The notes: generated from the sequence alone by a model not told the origin. 64,000 nt of DNA from Octopus sinensis (GCF_006345805.1 NC_042998.1:136338001-136402000); one strand, 5' to 3'; numbered from the stretch's first letter, positions 12,079-24,582 are shown. Program-made: numbers and translations.

Positions 12079-12498
12079 TGCTATTCCTAGCTGGCAGGGG
12101 TGCTTGCCTCCCCTTTGCAAATATAAGAACACGGGAAATGTGTCAAAGCCGACAGGGAGTGTCGATGCTTCCTAGGGCTAAATAGCGGTTGTGTTGACAG
12201 TATACAACCACTATATATATATATATATGTATGTATATATGCATGTATGTATATAAGAAGTGATGCTGAAAAGTTCCTGGTTTTGGGCAATAGAAAATAC
12301 TGGAGAATCAGTCAATTTTGATTTTAATCAACATATTCCCTTCTCAGACACTTATAGTAGTGGTCCTTCAGCTTTTTTAAACCCTGAGCTGCAATGGATA
12401 TATAATACTGTACACTTCAATTAATATATATATATATATATATAAATATTATTATTTCTAAGTCTCTCTAAAGGAGACTACAGCAGCAGTACTGGATA

Positions 12499-12705
12499 TT
12501 AATAGTTATCACCAAGCTAATATGGCAGTTCAGAAATATAGGATGCTGCTGCTGTTGATTAGCTCCAAGAGGCCATCACCTCTAGCTAGCTATGTGACAT
12601 ACGTGTGTCATATAGCTAGCTAGAGGCAATGGCCTCTTGGAGCTAATCAAGAGCATCATTCGTCCTATATTTCTGAATTGCCATATTAGCTTGGTGATAA
12701 CTATT

Positions 12706-12707
<2 letters not shown>
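12499..12707. repeat. Spacer-less fold-back palindrome, ~104-bp arms
   Basis: TTAATAGTTATCACCAAGCTAATATGGCA...GACATAC|GTGTGTC...TGCCATATTAGCTTGGTGATAACTATTAA; centre at 12602/12603. Confidence 0.95.
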
Positions 12708-12740
<33 letters not shown>

Positions 12741-12909
12741 TCACACACACACATACATATGAATGCACCACAACCATTTGTTCAGCATCTCACCTGAGAG
12801 AGACTGATGCAAGACGTGTAGAAATAATCATTGTGATCAATAAATTATCTTGTGTGAATTCCATTTTGTCTTTCTCTCTTTTGTTTCTAATATCTGTGTG
12901 TGTGGTGTG

Positions 12910-12940
<31 letters not shown>

Positions 12941-12978
12941 TGTGTGTGTGCGCGCGCGTGCGTATGTATACACACATA

Positions 12979-13879
12979 CATGTGTGTTCAAGCTGAATTT
13001 GACAGTTTGCATAAAGGAAAAAGAAAATACAATATCCCATCCAAAAATAAATGTTTTTTTTTTAATCAAAAAATATCAACTAGATTATGGCTGGGAGATA
13101 ACAATTTACTCAAAGTATCCACCTTCGGTTTCCATCACAGCTCCAAGACAGCTCTGGAAGCTGGTGCATGCATTCCACCTTATGCCCCTGGGGAGATCTT
13201 TGAACACCTCTTTGATCTTGGTTGTCAGCTCAGGCTTGATGTTGTAGGCAGGGCAGTTAGTGTCTTTTTCAACTATGCCTCATATATAGTAATTCATGGA
13301 ATTACAATAGGGGGAATTAGGCAAACAGAAATTGGGACTGGTGATGTCAGAACTTCTGGAGCAAACACATAGCAATATTAGCAGAGGTATGGCAGTGAGC
13401 CAAATCCTGCAGTCACACATATGGCCTTTCAGCAGCAACCTTCTCCAGCCAGAGATTAACCAGTCTCCAGCACTCCAGCAGCTTCACATAGCCATCTGAA
13501 TTGAGCTTAAGTCCTTGTTCAAAGATATGGGGATGAATTCTAGTGTGCAAGCACAGTCAGAATGCCTGTTGTGTCCTTTCCTGCTGGCTATAGCTTTGTG
13601 GTGTTCATTGCAGCTGTCTTACAGCCTTTACAGTGTTCACAGAATATTGAGCAGCAGTCATGATGTCAGCATTTTGATATCCAGTATGAATCATCATGAT
13701 ACAAGTAGCTTTTTTTCCAGTATTCAGATGGCTTCCAGTCCTCCATGTCATCTTACTTTTTCTCAACTACAGCTTTAATCTTTATGCTCTTCAATGCTGT
13801 TGACTGTTCACCAATATATCAAGCTGTTCCTGAAAAAAAGGAAACATAAATAACCCTCAATTTTAGCTTGAACACCCTG
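12979..13879 (-). mobile_element. Tc1/mariner (maT-like) transposon remnant
   Basis: TIRs CATGTGTGTTCAAGCTGAATTTGA / TCAATTTTAGCTTGAACACCCTG. Minus-strand remnant SPYCNSMNYY..IVEKDTN...AVMETEGGYFE* resembles the element at 8006. Confidence 0.7.
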
Positions 13880-13923
13880 TTTATATATACATATATGTGT
13901 GTGCATGTGTGTGTGTGCGTGTG

Positions 13924-13966
<43 letters not shown>

Positions 13967-14287
13967 GCCTTCTGAGTATTTCTATAACTGATTGATTTCC
14001 AGAGAATTCCAAATGATGCTGCTGATGCTGATGCTCTTGCTAGTGGTGGTGTTGGTGGTGGTGATGATGATGAGGAGTGTTAAACACCTGCTTGTTGTTC
14101 CCACACCTGTCTTCATCTTTTGTTTTCTGTAAATTTGAACTAATTATTGTTTACTTGTTTGAAGTTGATGGTTTGTTTACTGTATTGGTACTCAGAGTTT
14201 CTTATTGTTTGTTATTGTTCATCTTATAAAAAAAATCTTTGCAGAAGGTCGGAAAACCCTGAGTACTATCAGCTTAAAGAAAAAAAA

Positions 14288-14333
<46 letters not shown>

Positions 14334-14394
14334 TGTGTGTGTGTGTGTGCAGAGAGAGGTGAGGGAGACAGACAGACAGAGAGAGTGCATGTAT

Positions 14395-14940
14395 AACAGA
14401 GTGTAAGTGCCTTAAGAGAAAAGTTGCATGTAAGAGGTATCGGATGTAGTGTGCAAGAGAGACAACAGTGCTAGTATGGTCAGGTGATGCATATGGATGA
14501 GGAGAGCTGGATAAAAAGTACCAGTCTCTAATTGTGGAGAGAACCTGCAGAAGAGGTAGATCCAAGAAGACGTGGGACAAGGTAGTGAAATATGATCTTT
14601 GGTTGTTGAGCTTTACAGAGGCAATGACATGTAACTGAGATTTCTGCCGATTTGCTGTGCTTGAGAAGACATGTCGAGCTAAATGAAATCATGATCATGG
14701 ACGATGCTGGTGACATGTAAAAGGCCCCTGTGCTGCTGACATGTAATAGGCATGTTTGTTGCTGGCACATAAAAGACACCTAGCACACTCTATAGAGTGG
14801 TTGGTGCTAGGAAAGGCATCCAGCCATGGAAACCAAACCAAAACAAATGACTGGAGCCTGGTGCAGCTCTCCAGCTTACCAGCTCTAGTCAAACTGCTTA
14901 TGTCATGCCAGCATGGAAAACAGACATTAAATGATGATAT
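14395..14940 (+). mobile_element. RTE LINE 3' end
   Basis: Degenerate WYGHV and RGRSKKTWD coding remnants, GGAAAGGCATCCAGC UTR motif, (GAT)n tail. Confidence 0.7.
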
Positions 14941-15639
14941 ACATATACTTTTTTTTAATTATTTTTTCCAAATATTGCACCTATTACATAATCTCCCACG
15001 TTATCACTTTACTACTTTTTAATATTTTTTAAACTCTTTATAAAGTTCTTTTCAACAATGTTTTTTTTTAACACATTCCTCTCACTTCCCCTTCCACCTT
15101 ACAATCATGCTTGCCACATCTTCCTCCCCTCCATGCCTTCCTCTCACATAGCATACAATTACACCCACACACCATCCTCTCACATCTCCACTATTCCACA
15201 CTCCATACTTGCATACTGCCACACACTCCATACTATCACACACATGCAACTCCCCCTATGTCCAGTTCTTCATATGGATACCCTACTATACATACACATT
15301 TTATCTAACCTCTACCTCCCGTCCTAATTCTCCCTATAGGACCACATCCCATCTCTTTTTCCAACTACCTTTTCTCATTTTACTTTTCCCCACCATCTTT
15401 TCTTATTCTTTTATTTTTTCTATTGAAGGGCTATTATCTGAAACATCAAGACTCATTCCTGTTTTTTAAGCATTAAACTAATACAACATTCGTTCAATCT
15501 TGTCCTTTCTATGTTGTCTTATTTCTGTATTCATTGCCTAATATCCGTCTCTTCTACCCATCTCCTGCACCTCACCCCACCTTGTCATTTCTCTTTACTC
15601 TTGTCCTTCCCTTGTCAACTGTATCATCATTACTATCTT

Positions 15640-15850
15640 ATTTCTTTATTGCCCACAAGGGGCTAAACATAGAGGGGACAAACAAGGACAGACAAAGGGA
15701 TTAAGTTGATTAGATCGACCCCAGTGTGTAACTGGAACTTAATTTATCGACCCTGAAAGATGAAAGGCAAAGTCGACCTCGGCAGGATTTGAACTCAGAA
15801 CGTAACGGCAGACGAAATACCGCTAAGCATTTCGTCCGGCATGCTAACAT
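15640..15850 (-). mobile_element. SINE (family B)
   Basis: Reverse complement of 27330-27548. Confidence 0.8.
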
Positions 15851-16742
15851 TTCATCATTACTATCTTGCCACCCTTCTCTCACTCTGCTGTCTTCTGCAT
15901 CTCTCTTTCTTCAACTAACGGCTCATTGGTCAACCACCCTTGTAACCTACCCAGTTTTACTGCTGCAGTCTGCCTCCCCATCTACTCATCTCCTGCTCAT
16001 CATATAGTCTTGCAAACCTCCCACCCACTTCTCACATTATGACTTACCTTGTGGATCCACCTGGGTACCTCATCAGCTCTGTCTGTCACTTTGCAGCTGC
16101 TACTGATCATTCCTCTTTTCTCTCTTTCTCTTTCTCTCTCCTACTTGCAGAAGAAGCCTTGCAGATCCACTACAAGAACCTGCACTGAAACCTTCTTTTC
16201 TCATATTTCAATCCGGTATTTCTCAACCATTTTCCCACCTCTGGACCCTTTGATTCCTATTTTATTTGGATTGGCCCCCCTAGTCATTCAATGTTTAAAA
16301 AATCCTATTATATATTTATAATTAAATATTATTAAAAATTGTATTAAAAAATTGTTTAAATATTTTGTGTATTGTAGAAATATAAGCAGTTTATTGCACA
16401 TAAATTTCAACAACAAAATCTTATATGGACCCCTAAGGGCCTGGTTGAGAACTATTGCTTTAACCACTTATCCTCTAGCATAAAGGAGCTGACCTTCACC
16501 TTCCCTGGGGTTCATAGTTCTGCAAGCTGCATAGTGGTTTCAGTGGTACTGGTGGCACAAAAGAGCACCCATTACATGCAGTAAAGTGATTGACATTAAG
16601 AAGGGTGTCCAGCTGTAGAAACTAAGTCAAAATAGACACTGGTGCACAGTGCAGTCCTTGGATCCATCAGATCCTGTCAAACCGTCAAACCCATACCAGC
16701 ATAGAAACATAGGATATAGCTCTTAAATGATAATAATGATTA

Positions 16743-16781
<39 letters not shown>

Positions 16782-16943
16782 TTTTCTATTACCTATCTTT
16801 ATGAATGTATGTATGTGAATTGGTGTGTGTGTGTGGGGGGGGGTGTTTATCAGACTATTTTCTATGGTCAATATACAATGAAAGCTACAATTATATTTAC
16901 AATATATATATATATAATATATATATATATAATATATATATAT

Positions 16944-17092
16944 AGGGAGAATTCACAAAAAAACAAAAGACGAAGACAGGTGGTGTAGACAACAAACAGA
17001 TGTATTAGTTTAATGCTCAGGAAGTGAAAAAGTCTTTAACATTTCAAGCCTACACTCTTCCATAGAAAGGAACACAGAAAGAAACAAGGAAA
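16944..17092 (-). mobile_element. Short element with degenerate hammerhead-like motif (Penelope pLTR-like)
   Basis: Same family as 37495-37647. Minus strand reads CTTT-CTATGGA-A-GAGT-GTAG-GCTT-GAAA-TGTT-AAAG; next to (TA)n. Confidence 0.5.
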
Positions 17093-17183
17093 TATCTATA
17101 TATTACATTGATTAGTATTATACACACTCGAATCATTTAAGTACCTGATTCACTCAAATTCTTAATATTGTGTGTGTGTGTGT

Positions 17184-17425
17184 ATCATCATCATCATCAT
17201 CATCGTTTAACGTCCGTTTTCCGCGCTAGCACGGGTTGGACGGTTTCGACCGGGGTCTGGGGAGCTCGGGACTGCCCCAGGCTCCAGTCTAGTCTGGCAG
17301 TGTTTCTACAGCTGGATGCCCTTCCTAACGCCAACCACTCCGCGAGTGTAGTGGGTGTTTTTTACGTGCCACCTGCACAGGTGCCAGAGGGTCTGGCATC
17401 GGCCACGTTCGGATGGTGCTTTTAT
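17184..17425 (-). mobile_element. RTE-tailed SINE, young CpG-rich copy
   Basis: (CAT)n tail plus GGATGCCCTTCCTAACGCCAACCACTCC; close copies at 54579 and 57738. Confidence 0.8.
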
Positions 17426-17993
17426 GTGGGGGGGGGGGGGCAGAAATATATAGGGGAGCACCAGTGGGGAGGGGTGGTTCAGAGAAATGATGTCAGGTTC
17501 TAGGCAAGTAGAACGTAGGATATCAAGAGAGGGGTAATGCATGGTGAAATAGCGTATTGAAGAGGGGGGTTCGAAGAGTAGACACCTATAATGGTGGTGG
17601 GAGAAGCGACATCCGGTATAGATGGAGCAAAAATATAGAGATATCCGGTATTGGTGGTAGGGGTGGGCAAGGGCGGGTGCACCGGGAATATACGAAAGTT
17701 GAACTGACGGGCTGGCTTAGAAATGCTCTTAGCAATGGAAGGGGGGGGAATGGCAGACAACGTGAGAAAGGGAGAGAGAGAGATAGATAGAGAAGAACAG
17801 TAGAACCCCGCGAAAATAATAATAGTAATAATAATAATAACTAATAAACAAACAAAACAGCTCAACCACAACATTAGATTAGAAAGACTCTTATCTTGGA
17901 AACATTTCGTTCTTCGGCCTGACACGGGAATATACATATATATATATATTATATATATATATATATATATACATGTGTGTGTGTCTGTGTGTA

Positions 17994-18026
<33 letters not shown>

Positions 18027-18042
18027 ATACATATATATATAT

Positions 18043-18077
<35 letters not shown>

Positions 18078-18639
18078 CACATATATATAGACAGGCAGAC
18101 AGACCGATAGTCAGATAGATAGATAGACAGTTAGATAGATAAATAAAGAAATAAATAAGCAGATATGTAGACACACAAATATTTAAGATTTTGAAGACTC
18201 TAGGGTGAATATCCATAAAAATGCAACTTATTTTCTAATAATATAAAGAGTGTGTGACTGTGTGTGTGTGTGTGTGCGCACGCATATGTGTGTACACGTG
18301 TGGGCTTTCTATGTGTGTGTATGTGTGTATATTATTAATCAATGTAAATAAATGTGTGGGTTGTGAAGCGAATAGCGATGGAGGTTGACATAAACTGAGA
18401 CTTAAGCTATCAGTGATAATGAATCTAGTGACCAGAGCAACGGTGTTGTTATGGACAGAGTAGGCGTTATAATGGTAGTGGTGGTGGTGGTGGTGGTGGT
18501 GGTGGCTGAGAAACAGTAAAGCCTGTGTGTAGGTGGGGAAAGGGGATGGAGAACAACTGTTTTCCACATCTCCATTCCTTCACTTATAGATCTTTGTGGA
18601 AATAAGTGGAGTGGCCATATGATATGGAATGTTCTTGTT

Positions 18640-19125
18640 GGCAGAAGTGATGCTGGTGGTAGAAATTGTGGTGGTGGTGATGGAGGTGATGCTGATGGTG
18701 GTGGTAGTGGTGGTGGTGGTGGTGGTGGTGGCGGTGGTGGTGGAGGTGGTGGTGGTTATGGTGGTGATGATGCTGGTGGTGATGCTGATGGTGGTGGAGG
18801 TGATGATAGTGGTTGGGGGGTGATGATGATGGTGGTCGTCGTCATCGTCGTCATCATGGTGGCAGTGGTTGTAGTGATGGTGGTGGTGGTAGTAGTGGTA
18901 GTGATGGTTGTGGTGGTGGTGGTGGTAGTGTGGTGGTGTGATGGTGGTGGTGGTGGTGGTGGTGGTAGTAGTGGTAGTGATGGTGGTGGTGGTGGTGGTG
19001 GTGGTGGTGGTGATGCTGATTGTAGTGGTGGTGATGGTGGTGATGATTATGGTAGTGGTGTCAGTGTTATTATTATTATTAGTAGTAGTAGTAATAGTAG
19101 TAATAGTAGTAGTAGTAGCAGTAAT
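18640..19125. repeat. (GGT/GAT/AGT)n low-complexity tract
   Basis: Direct reading; similar tracts at 19400-19665, 27600-28080 (complement) and 31105-31410. Confidence 0.9.
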
Positions 19126-20075
19126 ATAAAGAATGGCCAGGTACTAATACAGATGTCGTTTGAGGTTGACACTGTTCTTGTTGATTATCACCATTGTTGT
19201 TGGTGGAATTCAACACTAAGTCAATCCTGAGCGACCAGACCACTGATCACAGACATCCCATTTGTGGCCATCACATTTTAATAAATGCAACCATGACAAC
19301 CTTAACCAAAGCATTCTTCCCCTTTTTAAGACAGTACAATGTGATTTGAGGGAGATTAGCTACTATTTCTAGTAGATTCAGAGATCACAAAGATTCTCTT
19401 GTTGTGGATGATGACTATGGTGGTTGTAGAGATGATGGTAGAAATATGGGTGAAGGTGGTGAGTGTAGTGGTTATGTTGGTGATTTTATTTGTCACAATA
19501 GGAGTATATATATTGGTGATGGAGGTGATGCTGATGATGGTGGTAGTGGTAGTAGTGGTGGTGGTTGTGGCGGCGGCGGCTGCAGCAGTGGTAGTGGTGA
19601 TGTTAGTAGTGGTAGCCTGCGGTGTTGGTGTTTGTAATAGTAGTTGTGATGGTTGTGGTGGTGATGCTAGATTTAAGATTGAAGGGAGTTATTTGACTGC
19701 TACATCTAGCAGAGTGGTTGATTGTATAATGGCTTCCCCATTGAACAAGTTTTGGGGCTAAAGTTGGGGACTGTGGGAGTGAGAAATAGGGAATTGCCTT
19801 TATTAAAACAGTGGGTGTATGGCTTGGATCTTTCCCATATGGTTAGTTTAGAGAAATATGTGGGAAGAAAGAATCTATAGGATGGAGGTGGTTAGTGGAA
19901 AGGAAAAGAGTTTGAGGAAGAGGAAGTGGAGAAAGAGAAGGAGGAGGAAGAAGAAGAGAAGAAGAATAGCCTGCAGTACAGAGGGGAAGATGGGGTGACA
20001 GAGAAAGAGACTGAGAGAATCTATACACACATGTGCGTATATGTATATATGTATGTATGTGGTGTGTGTATACAT

Positions 20076-20135
<60 letters not shown>

Positions 20136-20672
20136 TTATATATACATGCACACACATACACTCACATACATATATGAATATATATGTGTGTGTGTGTATG
20201 TTGTCAAACACATGTAGCTATATGTTTATATATGTGTATCAGTTTATTACATGTGTATTTATATTTGAGTAACTATTACTATTGGATGTATATACAATAT
20301 TTATGAAATACAATATATATTATACAAATATAGTAGAGGCATTATACACACACATACACACACATTCTTTCATTTGTTTCAGTTATTGGATGGCGGCCAT
20401 GTTGGAGCACATCCTTAAAGTGTTTTTAGTCAAAGAAATCGACCCAAGGACTTATACTTTGTAAGCTTAGTACTTATTCTCTTGGTCTCTTTCGTCAAAC
20501 TGTTAAGTTAAGGGGACATAAACATACCAACATAGGTTGTCAAGTGATGGTGAGAGAACAAACACAGACACAAAGACACACACAAATACATGCATACATA
20601 TATATATGTGTGTATATGTATGTATGCATATATATATACGTAAAATATATGTACATATATATATAAAATATA

Positions 20673-21250
20673 GTTATATTTCGGAATGGTCATTTTGCCA
20701 GTTTAGCCAATAAAAACACACGCACTATATATTTGGTGTTACTTTGCTTCAGTGTTATTTATTTTTTACATTAATCTTAATCTTATTTCAGCCAGAGTTC
20801 TTTCGTCACACTCCTGTGACTGCATCAGTGGTCCTTTGTTTTCTTCTTTCTTATTTGTGTCTCTCCTTACTAACCGTCAGCCATTTTGTATTTCTATTGT
20901 ATGTCTTCATTGCGCATGCTTATATCTCAGAAGATACAAATATTACAGGCATCCCCCCCACACACACACACTAAATAAACATAGACGCACATAGAGATAT
21001 AAGCATGCGCAAATGAAGACATACAATAGAAATACAAAATGGCTGATGGTTAGTAAGGAGAGACACAAATAAGAAAGAAGAAAACAAAGGACCACTGATG
21101 TGGTCACAGGAGTGTGACGAAAGAACTCTGGCCGAAATAAGATTAAGATTAATGTAAAAAATAAATAACACTGAAGCAAAATAACACCAAATATATAGTG
21201 CGTGTGTTTTTATTGGCTAAACTGGCAAAATGACCATTCCGAAATATAAC
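20673..21250. repeat. Long inverted duplication: ~256-bp arms, 65-bp spacer
   Basis: 20673-20928 is the reverse complement of 20994-21250 with a handful of differences; the mirrored ORFs MLQCYLFFTL on both strands confirm this. Confidence 0.97.
21089..21133 (+). ncRNA. Minimal hammerhead-like motif with variant core (mirror copy 20790-20834, minus strand)
   Basis: GGACCA-CTGATG(TG/CA)-GTCACA ggag TGTGAC-GAAA-GAAC-TC-TGG; perfect 6-bp stem II, CUC triplet, A9 not conserved. Confidence 0.6.
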
Positions 21251-21605
21251 AATATCTGTTTCAACACACGACTTCACACAAATAATCTTGCACAACAAAT
21301 ATATAAATATATATAAAATATATACATATATATAAACAAAATAAATATACATATATATATATATATACATAAATATATATACATTTATAAATAAAATATA
21401 TATATATACAAAATAAATATACATATATATATATAACATAAATATATATACATATATATATATACATAAATATATATACACATACATACATATATATATA
21501 CATACATATACATACATGCATATATATATATATATATATATATACATATCTCCTAATATAATAATGAGCATAGTGTTTTTATATATTTGTATATACACAC
21601 ACACA

Positions 21606-21668
<63 letters not shown>

Positions 21669-22182
21669 CATACATACATATATATATATATATTTGTCCA
21701 AAATCATGCAGTTGGGGTGAAGGGAAAGGAGAGAAAACAATAATTCTGTGAAGGAGAAGTAGTGAGGGTAATGGCTATGACTGAGAGGGAGAGAAAGTAA
21801 TAGCAATGAGAGAGAGGAAGTGGCAAAAAAAGCATTGTGTATCTTCTACTGTAATAATCTACTATAATAATGCTCTTTTGTATGAATAAGAAAGGAAGTG
21901 GGTTATCCACCAATGGAAGTGGTATGGTGAAAAATCAAGTGTGAAAAAAAATTAAACAGTGCTTCAACTCTGTGTATATGTGTATATGTGTGTAAAAGGG
22001 TGGAATGTGAATGTTTGTGTGTGTGCGTGTCTATGTGCGTGTTTGTATAAAATATATTCATATATTTGAGTGAGTCTATATGTGTTTATGTTTATTTAGA
22101 AATATACATAGAAAATAGAATTACAGGTACATGTGCATTTATACTACATACATAGATACATACATACATACATACATATATA

Positions 22183-22224
<42 letters not shown>

Positions 22225-22478
22225 TATACATATAAACAGACACACTTAAAAAGGAAGGAAGCAGGCTGTGATAAAGTATAGAAAACCATAATCCCTACAG
22301 ACTGTGCTACTCATACATATAAATGTATATGTATGCATACACACACACACACACACACTCACACAGAGTTGAAGCACTGCTTGATCTTTTTCCACCTTTT
22401 GTAGCCTTTTTATGTATAAAATACTACAATTAGGTGTCATTTTTAATGGCATGAGGTCATCTAGTAGATATATAAAAA

Positions 22479-22509
<31 letters not shown>

Positions 22510-22510
22510 T

Positions 22511-22541
<31 letters not shown>

Positions 22542-22577
22542 ATATAATATACATATATACATATATGTATATATAAT

Positions 22578-22617
<40 letters not shown>

Positions 22618-23502
22618 CATATATATCTTTATAATATACATACATATACATATAATGCACATATATATACACAAGGCCAATTGTATGTCCTTATCTACCA
22701 AGATTTGTGAATGGAAGTAAAGCAGAATCAAATTCAGCCTTAAATGGAATATTATAAGGAAAGCACAGCCTTACAAAGATAGTTGGTACAGGTGCTAGCT
22801 GTGCTCTATGGAAACTTATGAAATTTTCAAGTATAGGGACAAGAGCAACCTAATTAATAATAGATTAGACCTAAGAGTATCATGTATACATAGGGTCACC
22901 CGTACATTTTCAAAATTAGTGTTTATAGGTGCTGCACTCGAACCTAGACATGAGAAATTAATTTTAGTGTTGTATATGATGTGAACTTACCTGCTAGTAT
23001 TATATATAAGTTATATATATTTTCTTACTATTCTCTATAATTTCTTATTATTTTGTTTTCTTATTTTGATATCTTTACCTATTAACTTCTTATAAGTTAT
23101 TAATGTTCTTAAAGAGCAATATAAACTTTCTAGTTACTTAAGTCTAGAAGAGTTGATTATAACATACCCATAATAAAGTACAAATATTTGTGTATATTTG
23201 CATGTGTGCACAGTTAAATATGTGTATGTAAATATGTGTATGTGTATGTATCTGTGCACAACTTATTTTTCTGGGGGGGGGGGGTTCTGATTCTTAGCTT
23301 ATAACTAATATAAAGATAGCATGATTTATCGCCCCAGTATTCCATAAGTAAATACCCAGAGCAATCTTTATAGAAACTACCTTATAAGTAAATAATTAAG
23401 TACAGGAATGAATATTAAACTATGTAATCGTCCCTTTCTAATGTTGAAAATCTGTATATATACACAGTTTATCTATTCTGGTTATAATATCATAAAGTAT
23501 AC

Positions 23503-23633
23503 TAGCCATCTCAATATGGCTAACCACTAAGGGTGGGTGTTACTGAAGCTTTTAGCCCCAGGAGATCATCGTCTCCAGCTGGCTTTAGACACACTTTCTG
23601 TGCCCTTATGATATTCACAAAGGGAATTCATCC
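23503..23633 (+). ncRNA. Unidentified multi-stem RNA motif, homologous to the arms of the 12499-12707 palindrome
   Basis: TAGCC-CCA-GGAGAT-CATC-GTCTCC-AGCT-GGCT versus TAGCT-CCA-AGAGGC-CATY-RCCTCT-AGCT-AGCTA: three compensatory pairs. Confidence 0.5.
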
Positions 23634-24206
23634 CCTCTCATAAACCTAAATGATACGCACGGACTATAGTTTTGAGGTTTTTTGCCTCTCGTTATAATAT
23701 CATTTTAGTAATCTTAAATTTTATCTTCATACTACATAACAATATTGTTTATATACAATCATCCATTGTACCCCATGATAATTACCTTTATATTAACATC
23801 ATAAGTTTTATTAGTGTCTTGCCCCTTTAACTGGTTATTAATATCTTGATTTAGGATCTTCCCTTATCCAGCCTCCTTTATAGACAATTACACATTTCCT
23901 AATTTCCTGACAATATTTATGACTATACCCAACTATAAACTGTCAACTCACTCTGTCTATCCATTTTAAACAGACACTGTCCTCTAGCCTTAGATTTGGT
24001 AGTTGATAAAAAAAAATAATAAACAAAAATGAACCACAATCAATTACAAGCTGTGACCCTAACAAACTTCATACAATTCTTAGAAGTGTAGTATATTCTG
24101 AGTCACATTAGTAGCAACATGGACTTTCTCCCTCTGCTTGCTCTATTAGAGAATTTGAGTAAAATTATATTAATGTGTCCAACTGATTAAAAAATTCAAT
24201 TTATTT

Positions 24207-24294
24207 ATGCAGCTGAAGATAGCCGTGCATTTAAATTGATGTAATAATTGTATTGTTCAATTAAATGGAGCTGCATGAAACGGTTGTACTGCAT
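24207..24294 (+). ncRNA. Type I hammerhead motif with long stem II
   Basis: Stem I ATGCAG/CTGCAT; CTGAAGA 24213-19; CATTTAAATTGA/TCAATTAAATG inside stem II; GAAA 24277-80; AC-GGTT-GT stem III; GUA triplet. Confidence 0.7.
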
Positions 24295-24323
24295 CACCTC
24301 TTGATATCCTGTTGCTTATTTTG

Positions 24324-24354
<31 letters not shown>

Positions 24355-24533
24355 AGTGAGTGTGTGTGTGTCTGTGTGTATGTGTGTGTGTATATATATA
24401 CATGTGTGTGTATGTGTATATATATGTATATATAGGTGTGCGTATATAAATATATATATATTAACATATGTATGATATAAATATGATATATATACATACC
24501 CCATATATTACATACTTATATACATACATACAC

Positions 24534-24582
<49 letters not shown>

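Noticed and set aside
17460-17935. Purine-rich segment as a Penelope endonuclease or hammerhead
   Set aside because: No GIY-YIG motif or complete hammerhead core found; probably a repeat, but unassignable.
18619-19761. Gly-rich or Val-rich ORFs as a structural protein
   Set aside because: (GGT)n low complexity is open in several frames; no unique coding signal.
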